Shown here: piece after piece, positions 1 to 9,128 of the stretch | Position numbering within the stretch: position 1 is the stretch's first letter | Layout: every line of letters starts with the position of its first letter | Assembly (NCBI GenBank): GCA_011371355.1 | Contig: DRQR01000107.1 | Location: 1 to 24,000 of the forward strand | Direction: 5' to 3' | Source: Actinomycetota bacterium | GTDB lineage: Bacteria; Actinomycetota; Acidimicrobiia; Spongiisociales; UBA5794 | DNA: 24,000 bases | Position numbers and translations under genes: made by a program | Notes under the pieces: generated by a model | The model's input: the letters and a program-made list of their open reading frames with translations, nothing else | Told to the model about the DNA's origin: nothing | Databases searched by the model: none

Positions 1-389
1 ACCGATCCCGGCTCACCGAGGCTGCCACCGTGGCGGGTGAAGGTGGCCCGGACGTCGGAGGCGGCGCGGTTCCGGTTGTCGGTGAGGACCTGGACCAAGA
101 GCGCGACCCCGCCCGGGGCGTACCCCTCGTACCAGATCTCCTCGTAGGCGACGCCTTCGATCTCCCCGGTGCCGCGCTTGATCGCCCGTTCGATGTTGTC
201 CTTGGGCACCGAGGCGTCCTTCGCCTTCTGGATCGCGTGGGCGAGGGTCGGGTTCGCCGCCGGATCGCCCCCGCCCGTCCTCGCCGCGACCTCCACGGCC
301 CGGATGAGCTTGGCGAAGAGCTTGCCCCGCTTCGCGTCCTGGCGCTCCTTCCGGTGCTTGATGTTCGCCCACTTCGAATGACCCGCCAC
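1..389 (-). CDS. yebC: YebC/PmpR family DNA-binding regulator (N-terminal part; gene runs off the window start)
   Basis: Absent from the ORF track because it has no stop in the window. Reverse-strand translation from GTG 389..387 gives [76 protein letters not shown]..., the near-invariant YebC N-terminus. The start lies 1 nt after the pdxT stop, matching the conserved pdxS-pdxT-yebC order. Confidence 0.93.
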   Translation of the reverse strand, partial: MAGHSKWANIKHRKERQDAKRGKLFAKLIRAVEVAARTGGGDPAANPTLAHAIQKAKDASVPKDNIERAIKRGTGEIEGVAYEEIWYEGYAPGGVALLVQVLTDNRNRAASDVRATFTRHGGSLGEPGS

Positions 390-390
390 G

Positions 391-972
391 TCAGCTCCCC
401 TCCACCGCGTCGACGAGCAGCCGATGGATCCGGTCGTCGTCGGTGAGCTCGGGGTGGAACGACGCCCCGAGGACGTGGCCCTGCCGGACGAACACCGGCC
501 GCCGCCCCTCGGGCCGTTCGACGGTGGCGAGCACCTCGACGTCGGCACCGACCTTCTCGATGAGCGGGGCCCGGATGAACACCGCGTGGAAGGGTCGGTC
601 GAATCCCGCCACCTCGAGCTCCGTCTCGAAGGAGTCGACCTGGCGACCGAAGGCGTTCCGGGCGACGACGACGTCGAGGACGCCGAGCTGGGGCTGGTCG
701 GGGCCCGTCGTGCCGGCCGCGAGGTAGATGAGCCCGGCACAGGTCCCCAGGGTCGGCATCCCCGCGGTGATGCGCTCCCGGAGGGGTGCGGCGAGACCCC
801 AGGTGGTCGCGAGCCTGCCGATCGTCGTCGACTCGCCGCCGGGCACCACGAGCCCGTCGACCGTGGCGAGCTCGGCGGGGGTGCGCACCTCGATCCCCCC
901 GACCCCGAGGCGTTCGAGGACGGCGAGGTGCTCCCGGAAGTCGCCCTGGAGGGCGAGGACGCCGATCCGCAC
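391..972 (-). CDS. pdxT: Pyridoxal 5'-phosphate synthase glutaminase subunit PdxT
   Basis: Track ORF 391..972, 193 aa. [38 protein letters not shown] (nucleophile Cys) and SFHPELT are PdxT/class I amidotransferase hallmarks. The GTG start directly abuts the pdxS TAG stop. Confidence 0.95.
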   Translation of the reverse strand: MRIGVLALQGDFREHLAVLERLGVGGIEVRTPAELATVDGLVVPGGESTTIGRLATTWGLAAPLRERITAGMPTLGTCAGLIYLAAGTTGPDQPQLGVLDVVVARNAFGRQVDSFETELEVAGFDRPFHAVFIRAPLIEKVGADVEVLATVERPEGRRPVFVRQGHVLGASFHPELTDDDRIHRLLVDAVEGS

Positions 973-1863
973 CTAGAGCCCCCGGTCCTGCATCCGCTCG
1001 GAGGCCTCGAGGGTGTCGATGTCGATCCCGACCATCGGCTCCCCGAGGTTCCGGGAGACCTTCGCGAGCTTCGCCGGGTCCCGGTAGAAGGTCGTCGCCT
1101 CGACGATGGCCCGCGCCCGCTCCACGGGATCACCGGACTTGAAGATCCCCGAGCCCACGAAGATCCCGTCGCAGCCGAGCTGCATCATGAGCGCGGCGTC
1201 GGCGGGAGTGGCGATCCCGCCGGCGGCGAAGTTCACCACGGGCAGCCGCCCGGTCTCCGCGACCTCGGCGACGAGCTCGTAGGGGGCGCGAAGCTCCTTG
1301 GCGGCGGCCATGAGCTCGTCGGCGTCGAGGGTCCCGAGCCAGGCGATCTGTCGCTTCATGAGCCGCATGTGCCGCACCGCCTCGACGACGTTGCCGGTAC
1401 CGGGCTCTCCCTTCGTGCGGATCATCGCCGCGCCCTCCCCGATGCGTCGCAGCGCCTCGCCGAGGTCCTTGGCGCCGCAGACGAAGGGAACGGTGAAGGC
1501 CCGCTTGTCGATGTGGTGCTCGTCGACGGGGGTGAGGACCTCCGACTCGTCGATGTAGTCGACGCCGAGCGCCTCGAGGATCTGGGCTTCGACGAAGTGG
1601 CCGATCCGCGCCTTGGCCATCACCGGGATCGACACCGCGGCGATGATCTCCTCGACCTTCGCCGGGTCGGCCATGCGGGCGACGCCGCCGTGGGCGCGGA
1701 TGTCCGCGGGGACCCGCTCGAGGGCCATCACCGCGACCGCCCCGGCCTCCTCGGCGATGCGGGCCTGGTCGGCGTTCACGACGTCCATGATCACGCCGCC
1801 CTTGAGCATCTCGGCGAGACCCCGCTTGACCCGGTCGGTTCCCTGTTCGACGTTCGACTCCAC
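973..1863 (-). CDS. pdxS: Pyridoxal 5'-phosphate synthase lyase subunit PdxS
   Basis: Last 296 codons of track ORF 973..2883. GTG at 1863..1861 is preceded by AGGAG with a 6-nt spacer. [45 protein letters not shown]...[18 protein letters not shown] matches the PdxS/SNZ consensus almost residue for residue. The upstream part of the track ORF is R/P/G-rich and overlaps pimA out of frame. Confidence 0.95.
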   Translation of the reverse strand: MESNVEQGTDRVKRGLAEMLKGGVIMDVVNADQARIAEEAGAVAVMALERVPADIRAHGGVARMADPAKVEEIIAAVSIPVMAKARIGHFVEAQILEALGVDYIDESEVLTPVDEHHIDKRAFTVPFVCGAKDLGEALRRIGEGAAMIRTKGEPGTGNVVEAVRHMRLMKRQIAWLGTLDADELMAAAKELRAPYELVAEVAETGRLPVVNFAAGGIATPADAALMMQLGCDGIFVGSGIFKSGDPVERARAIVEATTFYRDPAKLAKVSRNLGEPMVGIDIDTLEASERMQDRGL

Positions 1864-1889
1864 CTCGCGCTCCTGGGATCGGGAGTCGA

Positions 1890-1895
1890 AGTGTA
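1890..1895 (-). promoter_or_regulatory. Candidate -10 box TACACT for pdxS-pdxT-yebC
   Basis: Fits the actinobacterial TANNNT consensus, 26 nt upstream of GTG 1863. This would leave a leader of about 20 nt containing AGGAG. Confidence 0.3.
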
Positions 1896-1913
1896 CCGGG
1901 GCCCGGTGCTCGC

Positions 1914-2960
1914 TCAAGGCGCGTTCGCGGCGAGGGCCGCCTCGTAGGCCTCGAGGTAGGCGGTAGCCACGACCGAACCGTCGAAGCGCCGCGCCCGCTC
2001 TCGGGCCGCCGTCCCGAGGACGCGGATGGCGGTGGGATTGTCGAGCAGTCCGATGAGCCGTTCGGCGAGGGCGATCGGGTCCCCGGGACCGACGAAGATG
2101 CCGGTGTCGCCGAGCACGTGGACGAAGGCCGGGATCGACGAGGCGACGACGGCGCACGCCGAGGCCATCCCCTCGACGACCACGAGCCCGAAGCTCTCCC
2201 CGCCGGTGTTCGGGGCGACGAGCACCCCGGCGGCGGCGAGCTCGGCTCGTTTCCGCTCCTCGGACACCCGACCGAGGAACCGGACCCCGTCGATGCCCTC
2301 CCTCCGACGCGCCCCCATGACCACGAGCTCCGCGCCGGGCCGTCGCCTGGCGACCCGCCTCCAGGCCTTGAGGAGGACCGACAGGCCCTTGCGCGGGTCG
2401 TCTCGGCCGAGGAACACGACCCGGGAGGGGTCCCCGACCTCCGGGGTGTAGGCGTCGAGGTCGATGCCGTTGGGAACGATCCGGTACTCGGTCACCACCT
2501 TGTCGATGGCCGAGGCGGCGACGGGGCTCACCGCGGTGACGACGTGGGCCGGCTTGAGGATCGCCCGGGCGATCGGCGCCATCGAGCGGTAGGCCCGCCG
2601 CGCCCAGCGAGGCGGATCGGCGTGGAAGGTGGCGACCTTCGCCGGACCCTCGACCTGGAGGGCGGCCGGGCCCACCACCGGCATCATCGGCTCGTGGACG
2701 TGGAGGACGTCGCAGTCCCCGAGATGCCCTTGGAGCACCCCGAGCATCCGGACGTCGACGCCGATGGGGGTGGCGGCACGGTTCGCGGGCACGGTCGTCG
2801 TCTTGCCCAGGAGGATGGCGCCCGGCGGTCCCTCCTCCCCCGGACCGACGAGCACCGGGTCGTGGCCGGCCTCGCGCAGCCACCGGCGCAGGCGGATCGT
2901 TTGGTCCTGGACGCCGCCGAATCGGCCGAGGTCGTAGGGACAGACGATCGCGATCCTCAC
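1914..2960 (-). CDS. pimA: GT4 glycosyltransferase, phosphatidylinositol alpha-mannosyltransferase PimA-like
   Basis: C-terminal part of track ORF 1914..3395. [20 protein letters not shown] aligns to the PimA N-terminus (MRIGMVCPYSFDVPGGVQSH), and [14 protein letters not shown] is the GT4 EX7E region. I prefer GTG 2960, which forms a GTGA overlap with the upstream stop; ATG 2975 is an alternative. It is the third gene of the conserved pgsA-acyltransferase-pimA operon. Confidence 0.85.
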   Translation of the reverse strand: MRIAIVCPYDLGRFGGVQDQTIRLRRWLREAGHDPVLVGPGEEGPPGAILLGKTTTVPANRAATPIGVDVRMLGVLQGHLGDCDVLHVHEPMMPVVGPAALQVEGPAKVATFHADPPRWARRAYRSMAPIARAILKPAHVVTAVSPVAASAIDKVVTEYRIVPNGIDLDAYTPEVGDPSRVVFLGRDDPRKGLSVLLKAWRRVARRRPGAELVVMGARRREGIDGVRFLGRVSEERKRAELAAAGVLVAPNTGGESFGLVVVEGMASACAVVASSIPAFVHVLGDTGIFVGPGDPIALAERLIGLLDNPTAIRVLGTAARERARRFDGSVVATAYLEAYEAALAANAP

Positions 2961-3853
2961 CGTCGCCCCCGCCATCCGGGATCCGAGGGCCAGTTGGGCT
3001 GGAGGACGTGCCACTGGGTGGGACGCGTCCCGATGAGCTCCTCGAGGACTCGGGCGAGCCGCTGGGTGCCCCGCCGCACCCGTACTCGGCGGTCGGGATC
3101 GTCGGGAATCTCGATCGGCCCTCGCACGACCACCTCGGTACCCGGCCCCTCGGCGAAGAACGGTGCTACGGCGAGGAGCGGCGCGCCGGTCCGGTCGGCG
3201 AGCGCCACGGGCCCTGCGGGGAGGAGGGTCTCCTCCCCGAAGAACTCCACCTCGACGCCCCGGCCGGCGACGGCCCGATCGGCGAGGAGGGCGATCGCCC
3301 CGCCGGCGGCGAGGTGGCGGAGGAGCCGACGGGTCAGCGGGTCGCCCGTGAGGGCCACCTCGATGCCGAGGGAGCGGCGGGTCGCGACGAACCACTCGGT
3401 CACCTTCGGATTCGGGAGTCGCTCGGCCACCGCGAGCAGCGGCAACCCCAGCTCGGCGGCGACGATCCCCGGAGCGTCGTAGTTGCCGACGTGGGCGACG
3501 GCGAACACCACGCCCCGTCCCACCGCCTTCGCCTCCTCGACGAGGTCGAGCCGGTCGACGCGGGTGCGTGCGAGCACCTCCCGCCGGCGGCGAGGCCGAT
3601 ACCAGAACAGCTCGGCGTAGTAGCGGCCGTAGGAGGCGAAGAGCTCCCGGGCGGCGGCGTCGACGACGTCGTCGGGCACGCCGGGTCCGAGGATCCGACG
3701 GAGATGACGCCGAGCCATCGCCGCCCGCCGCCCGGCGACCGGGTAGAGGGCCCTCCCCGTCGCCCTGCCCACGGCCCGGACCGCGGGTTCGGGGAGGAGC
3801 CCGAAGAGGGCGGAGAGGCCTCGATGGACGAGGTAGCCGGGGAGATCGCTCAC
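2957..3853 (-). CDS. Lysophospholipid (LPLAT/HtrB-type) acyltransferase, PIM acyltransferase PatA-like
   Basis: C-terminal 298 aa of track ORF 2957..4096. HX4D motif in [11 protein letters not shown]. Its position between pgsA and pimA matches the mycobacterial Rv2612c-Rv2611c-Rv2610c arrangement. GTG 3853 overlaps the pgsA TGA (GTGA). Confidence 0.8.
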   Translation of the reverse strand: MSDLPGYLVHRGLSALFGLLPEPAVRAVGRATGRALYPVAGRRAAMARRHLRRILGPGVPDDVVDAAARELFASYGRYYAELFWYRPRRRREVLARTRVDRLDLVEEAKAVGRGVVFAVAHVGNYDAPGIVAAELGLPLLAVAERLPNPKVTEWFVATRRSLGIEVALTGDPLTRRLLRHLAAGGAIALLADRAVAGRGVEVEFFGEETLLPAGPVALADRTGAPLLAVAPFFAEGPGTEVVVRGPIEIPDDPDRRVRVRRGTQRLARVLEELIGTRPTQWHVLQPNWPSDPGWRGRR

Positions 3854-4437
3854 CCTGGAAGCTGCTGCCAGGTCCTCAGGATCCGCTGGAACACCGTCAG
3901 CCAGACGAGGACGACGAAGACCACGAGCCCGGGCACGAGCACCTCCGGCCGGAACCCCGCGACGAGCACCGTGGTCAACGCGAGGATCATCCGCTCGGCC
4001 CTTCCCATCCAACCCCCCTTTCCCTCGGCGCCCCACGACTCGGCCCGGGCCCGCACGTAGGGCACGAGCAGCGAGCCGGCGAGCGCGGTCGTACACAGCA
4101 GCACCCCCGCCGAGTCACCGCGGAGGTGGACCCCGAGGCCGATCCACACCGCGATCTCCCCGAACCGGTCCGACATCGTGTCGACGAAGGCCCCCCGCAG
4201 CGTCGCCCGGTCGGCGTGTCGGGCCAGAGGACCGTCGAGCGCGTCGAGGAAGACCCCGACCCCGGCGACGAAGGCACCGGACGTGAGCCGACCCGACGCG
4301 ATCGCCGTCGCCCCCACGATCGTCAGGAGGAGACCGACGACGGTGACCCCCATCGGCTTCACACCGACTCGGTGGAGGCCGCGCGCGAGGGGCTCGAGCA
4401 CGGGGGCGACGCGTTTCCTGGCTTTGAGATCGATCAC
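3850..4437 (-). CDS. pgsA: CDP-alcohol phosphatidyltransferase, phosphatidylinositol phosphate synthase PgsA1-like
   Basis: Track ORF, 195 aa. Carries the CDP-alcohol transferase signature DALDGPLARHADRATLRGAFVDTMSDRFGE (DxxDGxxAR...GxxxDxxxD) and is multi-TM. GTG 4437 is preceded by GGGAGGTG. Confidence 0.88.
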   Translation of the reverse strand: MIDLKARKRVAPVLEPLARGLHRVGVKPMGVTVVGLLLTIVGATAIASGRLTSGAFVAGVGVFLDALDGPLARHADRATLRGAFVDTMSDRFGEIAVWIGLGVHLRGDSAGVLLCTTALAGSLLVPYVRARAESWGAEGKGGWMGRAERMILALTTVLVAGFRPEVLVPGLVVFVVLVWLTVFQRILRTWQQLPG

Positions 4438-4459
4438 GGGGGCACCTCCCGGCAGGCCG

Positions 4460-4465
4460 AGGTTA
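4460..4465 (-). promoter_or_regulatory. Candidate -10 box TAACCT for the pgsA operon
   Basis: TANNNT on the reverse strand, 22 nt upstream of GTG 4437, ahead of the GGGAGGTG SD. Confidence 0.3.
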
Positions 4466-4493
4466 CACCGGATCGACCCCCCGGTTCGCTCAC

Positions 4494-4499
4494 TACAAT
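4494..4499 (+). promoter_or_regulatory. Candidate -10 box TACAAT for gltA
   Basis: The best AT-rich hexamer in the 107-nt divergent gap, 45 nt upstream of ATG 4545. TCGACC lies 15 nt upstream as a weak -35. Confidence 0.35.
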
Positions 4500-4544
4500 C
4501 GGCTCCCGGGGAGCGCGATCGTCCCGAGGTGAGGAGGCCCGTCG

Positions 4545-5837
4545 ATGACCGAGCGAGAGGCGACCCTGCACACCGACGCCGGCGACCTCGAGTTGCCCGT
4601 CGTCGAGCCCACCGCGGGGAACGCCGGCCTCGACATCCGGCGCCTCCGAGGTGAGCTCGGGTACGTGACCTTCGACCCGGGGTTCGCCAACACGGCGGGA
4701 ACGAAGAGCTCGATCACCTACGTCGACGGCGCCGCCGGGGAGCTCCGCCATCGCGGCTACCGGATCGAGGACCTCGCCGAACACTGCTCCTTCCTCGAGG
4801 TGGCCTACCTCCTCCTCTTCGGAGAGCTGCCCACCCGGGCCCAGCTCGAGGCGTGGTCCCTGGAGATCAAGCACCACACCCTCCTCAGCGAGGAGATGAA
4901 GCGCTTCTTCGACGCGTTCCCCCGCTCGGCCCACCCCATGGCGATCCTCTCGTCGGCCACGAACGCGATCTCGACCTTCTACGAGACCTACTACAACCCG
5001 TCGGACTCCGAGGCGGTCATCGAGTCGGCGAAGCGGCTCATCGCGAAGATGCCGACGATCGCCGCCTGGGCCTACAAGAAGTCCATCGGCCAGCCCTACG
5101 TCTATCCCCGCAACGACCTCGACTACGTCGAGAACTTCCTCCACATGATGTTCGCCCTCCCCGTGGAGGAGACGAAGATCGATCCGGTGGTCGCGCGGGC
5201 CCTCAACGTCCTCCTCATCCTCCACGCCGACCACGGTCAGAACTGCTCGACGGCCACGGTACGGTCCGTCGGTTCGGCCCGGGCGAACCTCTTCGCCTCG
5301 GTCGCCGCCGGGATGAATGCGCTGTGGGGCCCGCTCCATGGAGGAGCCAACCAGGCGGTCATCGAGATGCTCCAGGAGATCCTCGACGACCCCGATGCCA
5401 CGGTGGAGTCGACGATCGCCCGGGCGAAGGACCCGAACGACCCCTTCCGCCTCATGGGGTTCGGGCATCGGGTGTACCGCAACTACGATCCCCGGGCGAA
5501 GGTGCTGCGAAGCTTCGCCCACGAGGTCCTGGAACGGACCTCGGGGACGGACCCGATGCTCGAGGTCGCCCAGGAGCTCGAGGCTCGAGCCCTCGCCGAC
5601 CCCTACTTCGCCGAACGGAAGCTGTTCCCGAACGTGGACTTCTACTCGGGCATCATCTTCCGGGCCCTGGGCTTCCCCCCGCGCATGTTCACGGTCCTCT
5701 TCGCCATCGGGCGGCTCCCGGGTTGGATCGCGAACTGGAAGGAGATGATCGAGGATCCCGACACCCGGATCACCCGACCCCGCCAGGTCTACGTGGGGAT
5801 CGTCGATCGGCCCTTCGTCCCCATCGACCGGCGCTGA
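4545..5837 (+). CDS. gltA: Citrate synthase (type II, about 430 aa)
   Basis: Track ORF, 430 aa. Typical citrate synthase blocks: GYRIEDLAE, LLILHADHGQNCSTATVR, GPLHGGANQAV, MGFGHRVYRNYDPRA, NVDFYSG. ATG is preceded by GAGGTGAGGAGG. Confidence 0.96.
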   Translation: MTEREATLHTDAGDLELPVVEPTAGNAGLDIRRLRGELGYVTFDPGFANTAGTKSSITYVDGAAGELRHRGYRIEDLAEHCSFLEVAYLLLFGELPTRAQLEAWSLEIKHHTLLSEEMKRFFDAFPRSAHPMAILSSATNAISTFYETYYNPSDSEAVIESAKRLIAKMPTIAAWAYKKSIGQPYVYPRNDLDYVENFLHMMFALPVEETKIDPVVARALNVLLILHADHGQNCSTATVRSVGSARANLFASVAAGMNALWGPLHGGANQAVIEMLQEILDDPDATVESTIARAKDPNDPFRLMGFGHRVYRNYDPRAKVLRSFAHEVLERTSGTDPMLEVAQELEARALADPYFAERKLFPNVDFYSGIIFRALGFPPRMFTVLFAIGRLPGWIANWKEMIEDPDTRITRPRQVYVGIVDRPFVPIDRR

Positions 5838-5840
5838 GCC

Positions 5841-6341
5841 TCACGCCTCGGGCACGTCCTCGACGTAGACGTCGAGCCGGTCGCCGGTGATCCCGTCGAT
5901 GCGCACGAGCCCACGTCGCGCCGGCGGCGTCTCCGCCGAGTAGACGACCACGTACCAGGTCGGTCGGGCGAGGGGGCCCCGGAACCCGAGTTGGGCCGAG
6001 GCGTGGCCGACGGGGAAGTCCACCGCCCGGTTCGCGATCTCGAGGGCTCGGCGTTCTCGGACCTCGAGGTCCCTGCCGGTGACGAGATGGAAGATCCCGA
6101 TCGCGGCGAGGAGGCCGACCGTCGTCCACCACATCGACGTCGGCAGGCCGGAGCCGACGACGGCCACCGCGGCCGCCCCGGCGGCCGCGAGGTAGACGAG
6201 CCCGACCGTCCGCCGCCGGGCGGTGTCGGGCACCGCGTAGGGTCCGACGTTGCGGGAGTCGAGGTCCTCGGGGAGCCCCGCCGCGGCGGCGACGTCCTCG
6301 GGGATCTCGAATCCTCCCCAGTCCTTGGATGGTCTCGTCAC
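5841..6341 (-). CDS. Hypothetical 2-TM membrane protein, translationally coupled to the MMPL transporter
   Basis: Last 166 codons of track ORF 5841..8150. GTG 6341 overlaps the MMPL TGA (ACGTGACG). Two hydrophobic helices (VGLVYLAAAGAAAVAVVG; MWWTTVGLLAAIGIFHLV) are preceded by RRR and followed by a C-terminal domain of about 90 aa with no motif I recognise. The remainder of the track ORF is R/P/G-rich junk, out of frame with MMPL. Confidence 0.6.
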   Translation of the reverse strand: MTRPSKDWGGFEIPEDVAAAAGLPEDLDSRNVGPYAVPDTARRRTVGLVYLAAAGAAAVAVVGSGLPTSMWWTTVGLLAAIGIFHLVTGRDLEVRERRALEIANRAVDFPVGHASAQLGFRGPLARPTWYVVVYSAETPPARRGLVRIDGITGDRLDVYVEDVPEA

Positions 6342-9061
6342 GTGAGGTCCTCCTCGAGGGCGCGGGCGACCGCTGCCGCGTCGACGGGGTCCTCCCCTCG
6401 TGCCCGATGCCACCGATCCCACACCACGAGGTAGGCAGGGAGCACGAGGACCGCCCCGACGACGGCGAGGAAGATGGTATAGGCCGTCACGAAACCGAAC
6501 TGCCGGAAGGGGATCGTCGAGGAGATGACGAGGACGCCGAAGCCGGCGATCGTCGTGAGCGCCGATCCGGTCAACGCCCCGCCGGCGTGCAGGAGCGTCT
6601 CCCGGATCGCCTCCTCGGCGGTGGGACGCCGTACGCGGTCCTCGAGGTAGCGATGGGTGACGTGGATCATGTACGGGATGCCGATCCCGACCGCGAGGGC
6701 CGAGATCGTCGCCGTCACCGGACCGAAGGGGATCCCGACGAGGGCCATCACCGCGAAGGACCACAGCACCACGAGTCCCACCGGCAAGGTGGTGAGCACC
6801 CCCAGCATGGGACGGCGCGACTCGTAGGTGAAGTTCACGACCAACAGCGCGAGGGCGGCGAGGATCGTGAGCAGCAACGAGGTGACCTGGGAATCCTGGA
6901 GACTTCGGATGACGACGTCGGAGATGATCTCCTGGGAGGTCGCCTGTGCCGAGAGTCCGGCGGCGACCACCGGCGCGAAATCGGCCCGGAGGGCCGCCGC
7001 GAGCTCGGCGGCGCCCTCCTCCCCGGCGTTCGTGGTCACCACGAAGCGGGCCGCGTCGTAGCCACCGTCCCCGCGATGGAGGACGCCGACGGCGGCGTCG
7101 GGCGCCACCTCGAAGAGCGCGTCGTAGAGGGGGGTGACGCTCGCTCCCTCCGGCACCCGGAGGTCGGACCCCAACCCCACTTCCCCGGCCACGGCGGCGA
7201 GCTCGGGCACGAACCCGTCTCGGGCGGGATCCACTCGTTCGACGATCTCGGAGATGGGTGATCGGGCCGCCGCCACGTCGCCGACCACCACGACGCCCGG
7301 GGAGTCGGCCATGTTCTCCCAGGCCTCGGCCATGGCGTTCCACGCCGCGCCGGTGGCGACGTCGCCCTCGACGAGGACGTCGGTCCGCTCGCCGAACCCA
7401 CCCCGGTAGTCGTCGAGGAGCGTCTCGAAGGTCTGCCGGAGGGGGGAGGTCGTCGGGATGAAGTCGAGGAAGGAGAACCTCGCCTCGACCTTCGAGGTGC
7501 CGTAGGCACCGAGGACGCCCAGGAGGAGGGACACCACGATCGTGCCGACGGCGAAGTGGGTGGGGAGGGCGGCCGCGGCACCCACCGTGCGAGAGAGCCG
7601 CCGTGCTTCGCCACCGGCGAGGCGCTCCCGGTCGAGGGCGCCGCGGCGCTCGGCTCGACGGTCGAGGAGTCCCCGGACCGCCGGCACGAAGGTGAGCATG
7701 AGGAGGAACGACGCCCCGATCCCCACCGCGGCGAGCTCGCCGAACTCCCGGAGGGCGGGGAGGTCGTTGACGAGGTTCGTGAGGAAACCGACCGCGGTCG
7801 TCACCGTGGCGAGGACGAGGGCGACCCCGACGGTGTGGATCGCCGCGTCGATCGCCGCGGTCACCGACGCGCCGCCGTGGACCTCCTCCCGGTATCGGCT
7901 GTTGACGTGGATCGCGTAGTCGACGCCGAGGCCGATGAGGAGGATCGGGAGGATCTGCACCATGTCGTTCTGCCGGCCGAATCGCAGCGCGCCGTACCCG
8001 AACATCCAGCTGATCGCCATGACGATCGTCACGATGGTCACGAGCGTGTCCGCCGTCGTCCGGCGCAGTCCTCGGGAACCGAAGGTCCACACGAGGTAGA
8101 CCACGGCGTAGACCCCCGCCGCGGCTCGAAGCACCGTCCCGGTCTGCCACGCCGCGACGGACTCGGGCAGGAGGTCGGGGAAGATCGCCGCGATGCCGGG
8201 GAGGACGAGCACGACGACGGCGAGCGCCATGGCCGCCGCGCCGGCACCGGCGAGCAGGCGGTCCCTGCCGGATCGAGGCCGGACGAGGAACACGATCGAC
8301 AAGACGAGGAGGATGATGAACGCCGCGGTCGCGAAGAGCCGGCCGATCTCCCGCTGGAACTCCCCGCCGCCCTCGGCGAAGAGCAGCTCGAAGGCGAAGG
8401 GCTCCACCGACATCCCCTCGGGAGCCGAGACGGTCCGGAGCCGCTCGGCCGTCGCGGCGAGGGCGGTCCGGTACCCCTCCTCGCCCGCCGGGTCGGCGGG
8501 AGGTCGGGTGAAGACGAGGAGGAGGCCCGACGGCGACGTCGCCGCCTCGAGGTCCGCCTGCTCGGGGAGCAGACCGACGAGGAGCGCCGCCTGCTGGCGG
8601 GGCATGCGATCGAGGGCGGCCCGGAAGAGCGCCTTCACCTCGGCGTCGGTCGTCGGAGGCGGCGCGCCCCGCCGCAGCGCCTCGACGACCGGGAGGAGGA
8701 AGTGCACGACCGGGGGCTCGTTCTCGTCGTCGACGAGGTACGGCGCGAGCTCCGACTCGAAGACCGTGCGGGTCGCCGCCTCGACGACGGCGAGACCGTC
8801 GAGATCGAGCACGTCGCCGTCGTCGGCGGCGACGAGGACCTGGAGGACCTCACGGCTCGTGCCGTCCCCGAAGAGCTCCCGGATGCGCTCCTGGGCGACG
8901 ATCTCGGGAGCCTGGGGAGCGAACTCCTCGCCGCCGCCCTCCGCCGGCTCGAAGCGGCCGGCGAGCGAACCGAGCCCGAGGGTGACGAGCACGGCGACGC
9001 CGATGACCACCCAGGGCGCGCGACGCGCGGCGAAGGAGAGGAACCGGACGATCGTCTTCAT
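6338..9061 (-). CDS. MMPL/RND-superfamily membrane transporter
   Basis: Track ORF, 907 aa. N-terminal TM helix, two large loop domains and two TM bundles. MMPL hallmark GLGVDYAIHVNSRYREE in the first half, with its repeat GIGIPYMIHVTHRYLED in the second. ATG 9061 is preceded by GAGG. Confidence 0.9.
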   Translation of the reverse strand: MKTIVRFLSFAARRAPWVVIGVAVLVTLGLGSLAGRFEPAEGGGEEFAPQAPEIVAQERIRELFGDGTSREVLQVLVAADDGDVLDLDGLAVVEAATRTVFESELAPYLVDDENEPPVVHFLLPVVEALRRGAPPPTTDAEVKALFRAALDRMPRQQAALLVGLLPEQADLEAATSPSGLLLVFTRPPADPAGEEGYRTALAATAERLRTVSAPEGMSVEPFAFELLFAEGGGEFQREIGRLFATAAFIILLVLSIVFLVRPRSGRDRLLAGAGAAAMALAVVVLVLPGIAAIFPDLLPESVAAWQTGTVLRAAAGVYAVVYLVWTFGSRGLRRTTADTLVTIVTIVMAISWMFGYGALRFGRQNDMVQILPILLIGLGVDYAIHVNSRYREEVHGGASVTAAIDAAIHTVGVALVLATVTTAVGFLTNLVNDLPALREFGELAAVGIGASFLLMLTFVPAVRGLLDRRAERRGALDRERLAGGEARRLSRTVGAAAALPTHFAVGTIVVSLLLGVLGAYGTSKVEARFSFLDFIPTTSPLRQTFETLLDDYRGGFGERTDVLVEGDVATGAAWNAMAEAWENMADSPGVVVVGDVAAARSPISEIVERVDPARDGFVPELAAVAGEVGLGSDLRVPEGASVTPLYDALFEVAPDAAVGVLHRGDGGYDAARFVVTTNAGEEGAAELAAALRADFAPVVAAGLSAQATSQEIISDVVIRSLQDSQVTSLLLTILAALALLVVNFTYESRRPMLGVLTTLPVGLVVLWSFAVMALVGIPFGPVTATISALAVGIGIPYMIHVTHRYLEDRVRRPTAEEAIRETLLHAGGALTGSALTTIAGFGVLVISSTIPFRQFGFVTAYTIFLAVVGAVLVLPAYLVVWDRWHRARGEDPVDAAAVARALEEDLT

Positions 9062-9083
9062 GGAGAACCTCGAGGGTCGAGAA

Positions 9084-9098
9084 CCGACACGCTGTCGG
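9084..9098 (-). other. Stem-loop CCGACA-GCG-TGTCGG (6 bp) in the thrS 3' / MMPL 5' gap
   Basis: Perfect 6-bp inverted repeat with a 3-nt loop, read directly from the sequence. It is followed on the reverse strand by TTCTCG (weak U tract). It could be a weak thrS terminator or a 5'-UTR structure of the MMPL mRNA. Confidence 0.25.
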
Positions 9099-9104
9099 AT
9101 TCGG

Positions 9105-9110
9105 AGTCTA
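9105..9110 (-). promoter_or_regulatory. Candidate -10 box TAGACT for the MMPL operon
   Basis: TANNNT on the reverse strand in the 67-nt thrS-MMPL gap. The predicted TSS falls at the foot of the 9084-9098 stem-loop. Confidence 0.3.
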
Positions 9111-9128
9111 CCCCGCTCCCGGTCCCGC

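Noticed and set aside
1895-1907. A short hairpin, ACCGG-GGC-CCGGT, between the pimA stop and the pdxS start.
   Set aside because: It has only 5 bp with a 3-nt loop, no U tract, and it overlaps the candidate pdxS -10 box. That is too weak to call a terminator.
4434-5522. A 362-aa ORF antisense to citrate synthase.
   Set aside because: It is the classic mirror-frame ORF of a high-GC gene, with low-complexity V/G/E/R/D composition and no start context. gltA on the other strand is unambiguous.
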